NCBI GenBank assembly: GCA_964016885.1
Contig: OZ024745.1
Location: 118,544,001 to 118,608,000 of the forward strand
Reading direction: 5' to 3'
Length of the DNA: 64,000 nucleotides
Source: Eledone cirrhosa
Lineage: Eukaryota
The notes beneath the pieces are model-generated. The model was not told where the DNA came from and did no database searches. It was given only the letters and a program-made list of their open reading frames with translations. Below are positions 50,880-63,980 of the stretch, in pieces (position 1 is the stretch's first letter; each line of letters starts with the position of its first letter). The translations under genes and the position numbers were made by a program.

Positions 50880-51512
50880 ACAATGGTTTCTGAAGGCACA
50901 AGGCCAACATTTTTCAGGAAGAAGAAAGTCGATCAAATTGACCTCAGTGCATTACTGGTACTTTATTTTATTGACATTATAAGGATGAAAGGCAAAGCTA
51001 ACCTTGGCGGGATTTGAACTCAGATCATAATTCTCTGCCACAAAACATGTCCAACACCCAAACAATATTCCAACCCACCACCCTAGTATATTATAGCAAT
51101 AATTGTTGCTACTTTTGGCACAAGGCCAGCAATTACCCCAGTGCATTACTGGTACTTTATTTTATTGAAAGGCAAAGTTAACCTCGGCAGAATTTGAACT
51201 CAGAATGTAAAGGGCCTTAACTATGCTGCAAAACATGGTGTCTGACACTCTACCGATATTGCCAACCCACTGCCCTAGTATATTATAGTAATAATGATTT
51301 CTAGTATAAGCACAAGGCCAGTAATTTGGAGGGAGGGAAAAGTCGATTAAATCGACCCCAGTACGTTTGTTACTGGTTCTTTATTTTATCGACCCCGTAA
51401 AGATGAAAGGCAAAGTTTCCTCAGCGAGATTTGAACTCAGACCATAATGGACTATAACTCTATGTTGCAAAGCATGTTGTCTGACACTACCAATACTGCC
51501 AACTCACTGCCC
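50880..51512 (-). mobile_element. Three tandem Nin-like SINEs
   Basis: Three cores, each followed on the plus strand by tagtatattatagYaataat. Confidence 0.82.
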
Positions 51513-51624
51513 TAGTATATTATAGTAATAATAATAACACAGTTGCCTTTATATTAATAACACATAATTGTCTGCCTACACACAATGTAACACTACCAGT
51601 GGAATCCAACCCAGCATCACTCAC

Positions 51625-51682
51625 CGGATGATATTCTTAATGTCACATATCTGATCAAACAAATTGTGACAGGTAGTGAAAA
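51625..51682 (-). other. Candidate 58-bp exon
   Basis: Acceptor tttttttttcttaatcttccag| and consensus donor CCG|gtgagt. Two frames are open. Confidence 0.3.
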
Positions 51683-52084
51683 CTGGAAGATTAAGAAAAA
51701 AAAATTGATATAGATGGTGGAAGTTTAACAAAGCTACTGACTCCATAAAGCACTCAGCATCATTGTAACTTCCTAGACCACAAACTGTTAATCTTGATGA
51801 CATCTAGTGACATTATGAGAACATTGGGAAATTTTGTTTAGAATATTACCCCTCAACCTCACCATTTTTGTCATACAGATAAATTGTTGATACATCTGTC
51901 TGTGCTTATATTTGCTGAGGAAGCCATGTGTTTCTGCTTTCTTGTAAACACTTTAATACTTATGCATGCTATATAAAAATGCATTAATTTGTCATTATTG
52001 AAATATATACAGTTTTGTGTGTATTTAATTGTAGATTAATATGATCACTCGATAATAATTCTCTTTCTCTCGGTGTGGAGGTCT

Positions 52085-52870
52085 ACTATAGTTCTGTCCT
52101 CAGCCCCTTCATTTTATTATAGTTCCCCAGGCTATAACAGAAAAAGACTGACTGTCCATGGAAATTCCTATATGCAGATGACCTAACTCACATAGCTGAC
52201 TCTTTTGTGGAACTAGAAGAGAAGTTTCAGACATGGAAGGAAAGCTTAACCCAAAAAGCCTTAAAGTTAACTTAACCAAGACTAAAGTCCTAGTAAATAG
52301 GTGACAGGGCCCCAATTCGATCAGGCCATGCTCAATATACAAAAGAAGAGCTGGTAGAAATTCAGTGTACAAAATGTAAACTAAGGGTACACAAGAGATA
52401 ATGTGGGAGCTCATGTAGGTTAACAAAGACTGTAGTCTATGTATGTAGCAGATAGACAGGCACAATAAACTACACTTGTACATGAAACAAGTGTTATCAA
52501 ATGCTCTGATGGCTCCTGAGAAGTTGTTCATAGCTTCCACTACCAAGATGACTTAATTAGCAGTGGAGAGAGGGTGTTCTGAAAATACAGTAGCTAGAGT
52601 GAGAACCAGGTGAAAAAGTTCAGAGAACTTCTCCCTCTGCAGGCTAGAAAGGGTTTCTCTCTCAAAATATAAGACAAAGTGCATAAAGTCTGTAAAAACT
52701 GCAAAGCCACATGAAAGTGAGACTTGGGTTTTAAATGTGGATGATTTGCATAGATTGGAAAGAAATGATGCAAATATGCTCCCAAAAGTATATGTATTGG
52801 AAGTGTGCATGAGATACAAAGCATCAATGAACTGAGAGAAAACCTGAGCATAAAAGAGATTAAATCCAGT
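52085..52870 (+). mobile_element. Old degraded RTE RT fragment
   Basis: Nucleotide similarity to about 26145-26940 (ctgtcctcagcccc, cctatatgcagatgacct = LYADD, acagtagctagagtgagaac). Confidence 0.75.
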
Positions 52871-53148
52871 TCAGATTTTTATGAGTTAAAAACATCTAAT
52901 ATGTCATTAAAATGAATAATTGATTGAGGTGCAGGCATGGCTGTGAGGTTAATTAGTTCACTTTGCAAGCATGAAAAAAGAGATGCAAAAATACCAACAC
53001 TTCAAATTTTATAGTCTTATAGGACGTGAGTAACCAAGGTTTAAATGTTAAACTAGCCACCAACAAAAAGAAAATATGTAGGGGTAAGATGTGAGCTCCC
53101 AGCTATTTGGAGACTGTGACAGTTCATCCAACATTTACCATTATGGAA

Positions 53149-53181
<33 letters not shown>

Positions 53182-53182
53182 A

Positions 53183-53373
53183 AGGAAAAGAGTCAGCACC
53201 CTGACGGTTGAGCTCTGGGCGTTTCGACAGCTAGATCCAAACTAGATTCGAACTCGGATCTAACTGCCATCAGGGTCCTGACTCTTTTCCTATTACCCAC
53301 TCTACTACCCTAAGTATCGAGTACTCTGGTGCAGTATGGTTCACCTGGTTCCTTACCACACTTTCTTTGTTGA

Positions 53374-53374
<1 letters not shown>
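53183..53374 (-). mobile_element. TA-inserted short element with a hammerhead-like fold
   Basis: Minus strand: aggaaaagagtcaggacc-CTGATGG-cagttagatcc..ggatctagctg-tc-GAAAC-gcccagagctcaacc-GTC-agggtgctgactcttttcct. Confidence 0.7.
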
Positions 53375-53412
<38 letters not shown>

Positions 53413-53852
53413 AGTATGCAACAGAAACATGTTGATTGTTCCTCGATGCCTGTGTTGACCAAACGGATGCCGATTGGTCATCGGCACGACACAGCTTTAT
53501 TGGGCAATTTGCTTGCAAACGAATCGAATATTATTATTAATGTTCAATATAACCCATACATATGTATATATGTGTGTGAGTGTGTGTGTGTGTGTACATA
53601 TGCATGGGTGGCGAGGGGAGAGAGAGGGGCTTCTACTGTTTCTATTTATCAAATTCTGTTCACAAGGTATTGGTGAACCCAAAACTATAGTAGAAGACAC
53701 TTACTCAAGGTTCCACACATTGGGACTGAACTCAGGACTAGGGCTTCTTGGAACTCTAACAGTAAGCAGTCCTTTCTTTGTGGTTGGAACAAATCTGAAA
53801 AATTAATAAGCACGCAGGGCTAATATTCAAAACCTGTGAGTAATTCCAGACT

Positions 53853-53912
<60 letters not shown>

Positions 53913-53915
<3 letters not shown>

Positions 53916-54237
53916 AGGGCAGGTAAAATTCCCGAGATCCATGGATGAGTTCTCTCCAGTGGTCTCTGTCCCTCATTATCGCTGGCATGTCCTGCGTCTC
54001 CAACAGACGTTAACCTTGGTCTTCCTCTTCCAGTGTGTCCATGTAGGGGCTCCCACAGGAGCACTGAGTGCAATGTCAACTCTGGATGTCGGTGAGCATG
54101 TCCAGCTAACCTCAGTCTCCTCTGTGTCACTTTTGAGAGGCTCCCGTACAGCTCTGAGTTTTTCATCCTCAGTGTATACTGATTAATGTTCAGAGCCATC
54201 CTCAGCATTCTCGTGTAGCACCCCTCCACCATCTGAG

Positions 54238-54240
<3 letters not shown>
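53913..54240 (-). mobile_element. RTE-like LINE 3' fragment between TA tracts
   Basis: EGCYTRMLRMALN..ELYG..RRLRLAGH..LLWEPLHGHTGRGRPRLT. Confidence 0.8.
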
Positions 54241-54297
<57 letters not shown>

Positions 54298-54650
54298 GGG
54301 GGGGTTGTATGCTTATGTACATATACATACGTATATTTTTTAATTTCATTTCAAGTTTTTCCTCTGTAAACCACATAGACACAGCATTAACAAATGGAGA
54401 AGGCTGTGTTGTGTGAGTTGAGATAGTACTAGATGTTTATATTCAAGTAAGTGTATCTGTCTAGGTTTGCGTGCATGCATGCAATGACAATCTATTTGAG
54501 AATCTTTGGAATTTATATATGAATATACAAATAATAAATACATACAAAGTTTGTCTTTCAGTATCTCAAAAGAAATATAAATATTGCCTTTCTTTTCAGG
54601 TTAGTGTATTTCAAATGTTATTAATTGTGATAGCTTCTATTATTAAGCAT

Positions 54651-55270
54651 AGGGCGGTGAATTGGCAGTATCGGTAGAGGGTCGGACGCCATGTTTTCCA
54701 GCATAGTTACGTCTCTTTACGATCTGAGTTCAAATCCCGCCGAGGTTAACTTTGCCTTTCATCCTTACGGGGTCGATAAAATAAAGTACCAAGTACTGGG
54801 TAATTGCTGGCCTTGTGCCAAAAGTAGAAACAATTATTATTAAGCAGTGAATTAGCAGAATTGCTCCAGCATTAAACAAAATATTTTGCTACATTTAGTC
54901 ATAACCTTTCGCATTCTGAGTTCAAATACTGCCAACGTCAACTTAGCCTTTTATCCTTGCAGGGTCGATAAAATAAAGTACCAGTCAAACATGGGGGTCA
55001 GTATGATTGACTTTTACCTCCCCACAGATTGCAGGCCTTATGCCTAGATTAGAAATTAAGGGCAGTGGACTGACAGAATTGGTAGAGTGTCAGATAAAAT
55101 ACCAATTTGTCTGGCTCTTTAAATTCTAAATTCAAATCCTGAAAAAATGAATTTTGCGTTTCATGCTTCCTGGTTTGATAAAATAATGTACCAGTCATAT
55201 ACTGGGGTTGATTTAATCAACTTCACTCTTCCAAATATTAGCTGGCCTGCAGCCTATATTAGAAACTTTT
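54651..55270 (+). mobile_element. Three tandem Nin-like SINEs of different divergence
   Basis: The first copy (54651-54843) has clear A box tggcagtatcgg and B box gagttcaaatcc. The following copies are more decayed. Confidence 0.8.
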
Positions 55271-56050
55271 AATAACATTATTCATCACCACTATTGTATT
55301 TACGTTAATTTTTTCCAAGCTAGAATAGGTAGGATGACACATTTTAAAGGAGCTTTTCTGTGGTTTCATGTGCTTCCTGTTGTCAATCAATATGACATTT
55401 ATAATTATACAATATACTACTCATCTTCATTGAACTGCTATGCTCTAGGGCATAGTAGTTATGCTTGACATAAGTAAATGTCACCAATTGCTTTAAGCAT
55501 TGTTGATAAAGACGGCTGAGATAAACTTATGAGCAAACACACCCTTACATATCTATAAGATACTGTGACTACAGTGGAGAAACACCAGAGTAACAAGAGA
55601 TATCACTTAGCTGTGTGTGTATATAGTAATAATAATAAATTTGAAGACTAAAATCCAAAGAGGGCTCGATAAGTATAAATATATATCAGATATATAAGAA
55701 GCGTAGCGCAACGATTTTTGAAATATTTACTTCTGCGTTCACAGATTGACTTTTTTTAGTTTCAGAAGATCCCGTTAAGGGTGAAAGCAGCGATTCTTTG
55801 CTTAAACTTTAATCTGTTATTTTAATAAATATATATATATATAAAATATGTAGATTCCCGATTTGTGTTGGGGTAATGACAGTTAAAAAAGGTACTCAAT
55901 ACATTGATAGAGTATAGAGAGTATAGGTATCTTTATTACATACACAAATGAAACAGTTCTAGTCCTGTAGAAGTCATTTTATATATATATATATATAATG
56001 GCAAACCTCTAACAAGAAAAGCATAAACGCCATGCCAGTTTCTCATTACA

Positions 56051-56090
56051 GTCATCTGATGAAGGGTTTTTAAACCCAAAATATTAGGAC
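56051..56090 (+). ncRNA. CpG-decayed minimal hammerhead-like motif
   Basis: gtcat-CTGATGA-agggttt-tt-aaaccc-AAAAT-ATT-aggac, consistent with decay of cGAAACGTT. Confidence 0.45.
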
Positions 56091-56389
56091 AGGTAAATTA
56101 AATAACAGGTGGCACCCCAACATCTGTGTTGCCTTCAATTTATTCCCAAATCTACCGTCCATTTTACATTGTTGTAGCTTTCGAAAAGCATACTACTTTA
56201 TACACTAATACAATCCTTCAAGCAAACTACAACACACTATATATATATATTACTTCTTTACAGTTTCTGTCTACCAAAATCACTCACATTGCATGAGCTA
56301 GCCCATGGTTATAGAAGGAGTTAATTTCCTGAGATGCCGTTCAGTGGGATGAAGCCAGAGATCACATTCAATGCCATGTGCAGCATTCT

Positions 56390-57000
56390 GGTATAGCAAT
56401 CATTCCTCTTGTTCTCCATTGCCCTGTCAATGGCCCGTGTTTCACTTCCATATAACAGAATAGACTCCTTAATCAAGAAGAGACATAGTAGGTAATATAA
56501 TCCTATATGTCTCTAAAAGGATGGAATTATTATAGAGGTCTGCATGATAAGTTGACCTAGGGCTAAACAATGTATCTATACTGATATAACCGTTTGTATG
56601 TTGACAGAACTTATATAATGTAGTTATTTTGTTAACTTCCAATAAAGAAGTCAAGATTTGAGTTCCCATAAATGTTCAAGTACAGATAAACAAGACTAGG
56701 TTAACTTATATTTCCAACAGCATTAGAGAATGCTGCTTAATTTAAAACTATCAGCTACAAGAGGAATTTGCACTTGGATAGGATTCGAATTTATTGTTTC
56801 TAAGCCAGAAGTCTCTTGTATAAAACGATTGATATAATGCTGGCCTATTGTAAATATCATTTCTATATGATCTAGTTATCTCAACAATGAAGTAGCTGAA
56901 ATGAAGGAATGCAGAATAAAGTGATATGTCCAAAAGCATTATGAAATATCAGATGTGGATTTGAAGTCAAGATTCACTAGTTTCCTACCCCAACCCCCAT
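56390..57000 (-). mobile_element. Very old LINE RT remnant
   Basis: ESILLYGSETRAI on the minus strand. The rest is heavily decayed. Confidence 0.4.
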
Positions 57001-58003
57001 AAACCAATATCTTGCATCCATTCTTTCTGCTTGCATCTCCTCCAATTAAAATTTTGTCTCAAACAGTTTACAATCTGAAGTTATCTATCACTGATCCAAC
57101 CCTCTAATGTTTGGTCAGTACAACAGTGAAAACTAAAGATATTTTGAGCTGGTGTTCAGTGTATGGTCTGTTATAAAGACTAATAATCTATTTATCTGTG
57201 TCTCCAACCGTCCACCCTAGTAAAGCCACCATTACCCACAGCATTACTACCATTAAAGATACTAGCTGACATACCCAGCTTCGCCCGGGTAAACAGATGA
57301 TAAGAGAAGAGAGGTAAAAGAGAAAATGACTGTATTGGATGTTTGTCTGGTTACAGTATGAGGCGAGTCCGTGGTGTCTGTGTGATACAAAAAACAGTAA
57401 AAGAAAATCTTCCAGATATACCAGATTCTTCATTGTACCGTTTGTGCATAGTATATGAACAATTCTAGGTGCTCCCACCTAGAATAGTGACCTCTAGGAG
57501 ATGGTTCATCTTCTGCCTGACTGTAAAACGTGTATCAATGCATAGACGTGGTTGTTCCACGTTTCTCAAAAGGATGATGGAAGTTCCAATCTTTTATATT
57601 ATATGTAGATATAGTTAATTAATATAAAAGATGTCAGTCAATGGAAAAAAGGTCCCTATTTACTTGAAATTCTTTATACAAATGCCAAATTAATATAGAT
57701 ATGGATAACATGCTTATCTATAAATGGTCAGCTATAATAATAAAACAACAAATTATATGGCACAAAAATTTATTCAGTAATTTCCAGGCTCTTAGCCACT
57801 GAGTAATAGACAGTCAATGTTGCCCAGAGTTCAACTCGGGGAGGTGGCCTGGTTTGAACTCCAAATGGCGGATCCTTCTACTTCGAAAATAGAATCGTTT
57901 TTCAATATTGCTCTAGCCCTGGCCAGCCATAGGATCCAACCTTTTTGCCAGACTCAGCATATGATGAGGTTTTATTACCACCGCAATCAGAAGCGATAAA
58001 TTT

Positions 58004-58130
58004 GAAGGCAATTTCTACCAATACTTGTTGGTATTTATTGCGCAACATAGCAGTGAAAGCAATTTTTACCAATACTTGTTGGTATTTATTGCGCAACATA
58101 GCAGTGAAAGCAATTTTTACCAATACTTGT
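58004..58130. repeat. 51-bp tandem repeat, about 2.5 copies, in the Helitron 3' region
   Basis: gcaatttttaccaatacttgttggtatttattgcgcaacatagcagtgaaa repeated. Confidence 0.9.
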
Positions 58131-58269
58131 TTGTTTTTATTGCTCATAACGACATTAAATGACATTGAACATAATTGATAGCTCTGTCAAAGCTCACAAT
58201 ACTGATCAAAAGACACCAATGTCCAAATCATCTACGTCGCTTATTGATAGCATTAAAGATATGCATACA

Positions 58270-61200
58270 TCAGCTCAAAACTTCATTATAGACAATATTC
58301 AGGGTTGTTCCTCTGTTAGTGGTATCAATTGCAAATTTTATACCATCAGTATCGCACACTCGAGATGCAGCAACATACAGTTGCCCATGGCTGACTGCTG
58401 GATAAATCAAGTAGACACCGACTCGCTTGAAAGTCTGTCCCTGTGCCTTGTTGACAGTCATGGAGAAGGCCAAATTGACGGGAAACTGTCTCCTTTGACA
58501 AATGAATGGCAGCAGATCTTCACTTGGTCTCAGCATGATCCTCGGAATGAGAACCGATTCCTCTCTGCCTGGGAGTTTAGCTTCTAAAACTCTTCCATTA
58601 ATCAATATCTCAACAATCAATCTGGTACCATTGCAAAGACCCAATTTTATGATTGATATTTCTAAGCAATATAATCGACATACCCTTTTTCAACCTCAAA
58701 ATATGTGGGGGAAATCCAGGTATTTGAAGTGAATTCAGATACTCAGTCGGAACATCCATATTGTTCTGCTGATTAAGCTCCATTGCATCCGCACTGACGG
58801 TCAACCATTTCTCTCCGGGAAACATTCCAGCTACTTGTGAATTTATTTCATCGACCGTTGCATTCGTATGAGTTAGAATAACGCGTTCCGATATCCAGGA
58901 GATATTCTGCCAAAAAGCATTCAAATTAGGGAACACCCAGTCAATCAATACTTGGCGGTCCAGTGGCATGACCAAATGGTTTGGGATTCTTACAGTCTGA
59001 TTATCACCAACGTGTGGCAATTCATCGTTTCCCAACTGCATCAACCATCGGCCGTATGTCTCAGCCTCTTCGTTTTGCCCGAATATACAAAGTCACATAT
59101 TATCGTGTAATCGCAAAACTCTGAAATGGTGCCACAATGGGGACTTTTTCAGACATGCATCGACAATTTGCGCTCTTTGAGCATTCCTAACAATTGGTAG
59201 CACCTGTCTGAAATCGCCACCAAAAACGATAGTCTTACCACTGAATGGCAGGTCACTACCGCAGATATCTCTCAAAGTTCTGTCCAATGCCTCCAGCAAA
59301 TATCTGTGTGCCATTGGAGCCTCGTCCCAAATAATCAGAGACGTATTGCGTATAAGGCCCGCGAGTTCACTTTGTCCTGTAACGTTACAGACACTCAACT
59401 CATCCGGAGCCAATGGAGCCTTGAAGCATGAGTGGAAGGTCCTTCCACCACTCAGCAAAGTGGCAGCGATCCCACTGGTGGCCACAGGGAGAGCAATCTT
59501 CCTCTGAGCTCTGACTGCCGATAACATAGTGTTGAAACAGAATGTCTTTCCGGTGCCTCCTGGAGCATCTATGAAAGCACAAAGTTGCTCATTAGTGGAA
59601 ATCGAGTGGAGAACGCCATCGACCAATTCTCTGTGAGATTGGGTCAACATTGGCATACGTTCATCCACAATACGTTGCTGTTCCAGTGGATCAAACTGGA
59701 ATAGTTCCCTCCGATCGAGTGGCAACCATCTAAGCTGCAATCTCATGTTCAATGCTAAGACACGTTGCCGCATTTCTTCATCAGGAATTGGCAAATTGAA
59801 ATCTGTTAAAGATTTGAAATGAATTTCAAGCAGTTGCTCAATATTGAGCAAAACAATAGCTTTCATCAAATTTTCATCATCGACCTGAAGATGATGCCTA
59901 AAATCATCAGCCATAATTCCCCAATGGCGTTCAAATAACTCTCTTGGATCGGCAGGATTGCAGAATCCTAGAATCGTGACAAACAACTGCCTTATTTGAG
60001 CTGGTATCTGTGTTGTTCCTGCAGCTTCCATGGTGTTATTCCATTCAGCGTTATCCTGAAGGAGTCCCAGATGCTGACACACAGCCTGGTATGTTTCAAA
60101 TTCCACGCCATTGATTCTTTTCAAATCAGCGAAGTTCTGTTTACCTCTCAAAAAATCACTATGCAACAGAACTCGGAGATAAAACACATCACCAGATGCT
60201 GGATGGACATTACAAACCCGTCCAATAGTCATGAATCTCAACTTTTCTTTTCTATCATTCCATTTCTTTTCCTTCTTATCCCACGTATAGTGCGAAGGGT
60301 AATCGCAGTAGAGTTGCCTTTGATCCGGGTTCAAAGCTTGTTCCCTATTATGCTTGAACCCCTCAGTCAATTCCGTCTTAGGAGGTGGTGCATTAGCAAT
60401 TCTTTCGACACCTCTTCTAGTGTCCTGAAAACAGACCATTTGCCTATTCTCTAAGTGAACCGTCAGTTTCTGAACGCTGGGTTTGCGTTCACTGAGATCA
60501 AAATCGAACAATCTCCAGCACGCTTCGCTAGATCCAATCGAGCAAACATCCTGGAACCTGCCAACTTCATCTCCTTGGTTCGCTTCCTCATTCCTGACAT
60601 TGATCATTGCCCGATCATGACCTTTGTAAACATATTTGAATAGATATTTGCAAGCTTTCACTGACCTACAAATTTCCACATTAATATGACAACAATATTT
60701 CATAATCAAATATGGATTGTATGGCACAACTCATTGATTTGTAACCTGTCGACCATTTACATTTTCGACCAAACCGCCATCTGCAGGCAACCATCTTCTG
60801 TATGAGGGATGAGCATCCCCATCATTCCAGGAGGTGTTTGTGACAAAAGATTTCGGAAATTGCTTACTGCATTGGCCATTTTTCATGCAAGGCGCTTTCC
60901 GATTTGCCACTCCGCATTGGTTGTGCACCATTGACTTTGCCACGAAGTTGCGTAGTGCCTCATTCTCCGGCAGTTCAGCACACACAATGATGTCGACATC
61001 CTCAGCACATCTCAATTTGCAATCTCTATGTAAAATGATCACCAAATGTGCATGTGGCAATCCTCTTTTTTGGAATTCAATTACGTATGTAAAAGCAACT
61101 ATACCTCCAAAGATTCCCTCTTTTTCCACATCATCCATTATCTTTTTCAGATATCCTTTGAATACTCTTGCCACAATATCAGGACGGTCCTTTGGCTGTT

Positions 61201-61614
61201 GTCCTGGCAAAAGTGCATCCTTAATATCAGTCCATTCAGGATTGCATGTAACCGTTATAAACAAATCTGGCTTTCCAAACTTTCTGACAATAGCCATTGC
61301 ATCCTGATAGCGAATGTTCATATATCTCGGGCCGCCGATGAACGACGATGGAAAAATGATGCGTCGACCAATTTGCTTGTAATTGGCATCATCGGCTGTT
61401 ATCGCTTCCTGTATATTATTATACAATTCAGCTGCTTTGTTCCAGTGTTTCATTGGCGTTGTTCAGCCAACTCCTCTTCATTCATGGCGGCACGTCTTCG
61501 CCTCTGAAGTTCGGTGTTCCGATGGCGCTGTTTGGCCCGTTTTTCTTCATTGATGGCTGCACGCTGTAGTTCACTGTTTGATAAAGTCGAATTGCTTTTA
61601 TTATCATTATTCAT
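58270..61614 (-). pseudogene. Helitron Rep/Pif1-helicase pseudogene
   Basis: Rep motifs FITVTCNPEW, EFQKRGLPHAHL (HUH), YLFKYVYKG. Helicase motifs DAPGGTGKT, IIWDEAPM, GGDFRQVLP, CNGTRL, FSMTVNKAQGQT, HGQLYVAASRV. Stops at about 60732 and 59094, a frameshift near 58650, and an N-terminal deletion. Confidence 0.95.
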
Positions 61615-62162
61615 TTCAAGTAATTGTCAAAAAATGACACAATAATAAATATAAAAGATGTCCGTCAATTTAAAGAAAGGTCCCTATTTACTCCCTTCAC
61701 AACTCTGTGTATGTTAGACTAACAGACAGGCACACAGACAGATAAACTGTGTGGCGATTGTGGAATGCCACACACATACACGCATGGAAAAACGCACACG
61801 CACGCAAACTTACACACGCACTGACTCACACATGTTGATAGTTTTTACTTTCTGTGGAACGCTGCACACACACACACATAAACATACGCGCATGTACATA
61901 CACACGCACACATGTTAATAGTTATTGAACACAGCGTTCACACTCCCCTCTCACTCCCTCATTGGCATTATGCATATTAATTTCAGTTTGGCATCGTTGA
62001 GGTGGGCGGAGTCGTTTGAAACCTATGAACCAATGAAAATCGAGAATTATGACACACGGAATACTGACGTTCTTGAAATTAATAAATAGATAGGATTTGA
62101 TAAATCACTGTATGAAATAAAATGTGTAACAATGTCAGGAGAGATGGCAAGTGTTGATGACA

Positions 62163-62537
62163 CAGTTGTTCCTCAGTATTCACGGAGGTTACATTCCTAG
62201 GTCACCCATAAAGAGTGAAAACCGCAAATATTGGACGTGGTCCATAAAAATGCCTATAAACGTCAAAATATAACATAAAATATAATTAAAAAAGGAGTGA
62301 CTGTCTCATGCGAAGGCCATCCAATAGGCCAGCAAATACAGTATATTGTTATTAATAATTTAGTGTTAAAAAATATATATTGCCACGAAAAAAAGCCATT
62401 AACAAATCACAGAAGATATTTATGATTCCGCAAATATGTGGTGGTTTCCACGAATAATTATTAGTTAGGTTCTAAGGAAAATTTCACAAATAACCGAGGC
62501 CATGAATGTCAGGACAGGGAATGCTGGGGGTACACTG
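62163..62537. mobile_element. Tigger/pogo-like MITE
   Basis: Starts cagttgttcctcagtattc, ends gggggtacactg|ta. TIRs are degenerate. Confidence 0.5.
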
Positions 62538-62996
62538 TATTTGGTTATTTTGCAACTTAAATTGCATCACAGTACCATTTTACAGCAAACAAACTATTAG
62601 TCTAATGAGTTGTGTCATTAAAACAAACTACATTTTGGTGCTGGTTTTCGGAATTTTAAGTTATATTAAAAAATTTCTAAATATAATTTTTAAATTTTTA
62701 TTGTTTAAAGGAATTTAAAACCAAATGAAAAAAATAAACAAATATGTTAGATGATCATCCCTCTCCCATTACTTGAACGGAAGAAAATATTTGACCGTTA
62801 TTAAACAAAACGGAAATATCTCTCAACATTTGAATGTGTTTGCACTATTAACTAATGTAGTTATCACCAATTTCAGTTGTAGTGTTTATTTTGCTTCAAT
62901 ACAAGGTCAACTTGTCATATTGATGTAACTGAGATACTGCTCCAAGTGTTACTTCATCTAACTTTGCAAGCTTGTCACATTGACCCTGCATTAGAC

Positions 62997-63980
62997 AGGT
63001 GCTGGATTGCCAGTATCGGTAAAGGGTCGGACGCCATGTTTTGCAGCATAGAGTTATGGCCCTTTACGGTTTGAGTTCAAATCCCACCGAGGTTAACTTT
63101 GCCTTTCATCCTTACGGGGTTGATAAAATAAAGTACCAGTAATGCACTGGGATAATTGCTGGCCTTGTGCCTAACGTAGAAACAATTATTTACTGCCACA
63201 ATTAGACCGGTGAGAGGAAGCAGAATTTGAAATCAGAACACACCACAGTGCATCTCCTCCAACACAAACATCTCAGTCAATCCACCATCCGGAACTAGTA
63301 CTTTATTAATTTGCCCCCAAGAGGATAAAGGGCAAAGTGGATCTCTCCAACATTTGAACTTGCAGCGCAGAAAACTGCTACTAATACTGCAATATATTCT
63401 ATCTGACGCTCTAACAACTCTAGACTTCACTTGAGATAATATAGTCACTATTATTTGAAAGAAAGGGCAGTGGAATGACAGTATTGGTAGAGTGTCAGAC
63501 AACATGCTTTACATCATATAGTTACAGCCCTTTACGTTCTGAGTCCAAATCTCACCCTGGTTCATCATCTTTATCATCATTCTCATGTTACGTCCGCTTT
63601 TCCTTGCTTGCAAGGATGAAACGGGTCCTATTTAGCACAGCATCTCTCCCATTTGTCACAGTTCTACGTCATCTCCTCTGTGAGCTTCAGCGATCTGAGG
63701 TCAGCTCTCACCACCTCCGCCCATGTTTATCATGGTCTTCTGCTACTGCGTCTTCCTTCCACTGGGATTACTTGGCATTTCTTCACCCAGCGTCAACTTC
63801 TATGCACATCACATGGCCATACCAATGCAGTCTTCTCTCCTGCACACTGCAATTAATTTTGCCTTTCATCCTCATGGAGTTGATTAAATAAAGTACCGGT
63901 AATGAACTGGTGTGATTTAATCAACTTTCCCCTCCTCCAAAATTGCTAGCCTTGTGCGTAAATCAAAAATTATTATTTGA
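62997..63980. mobile_element. Cluster of Nin-like SINEs (62997-63190 +, about 63210-63440 -, 63465-63980 +), the last split by an RTE 3' fragment (about 63562-63850 -)
   Basis: The SINE head before 63560 resumes at ttttgcctttcatcc after 63855. The intervening piece matches 3236-3580. Confidence 0.75.

Larger units (their letters stand above)
57262..62090 (-). mobile_element. Helitron (rolling-circle transposon), internally deleted
   Basis: 5' end A|TCTATTTATTAA at 62090 (62095 also possible). 3' hairpin acccgggcgaagctgggt then CTAG|T at 57262. Contains a RepHel remnant. Confidence 0.93.

Noticed and set aside
55762-55800. cagaaga-tccc-gttaa-gggt-gaaag as another hammerhead
   Set aside because: The core has CAG instead of CUG and no convincing stem I or UH site is present.
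59996-61507. Plus-strand ORFs of 150+ aa
   Set aside because: Antisense shadows of the Helitron RepHel gene.
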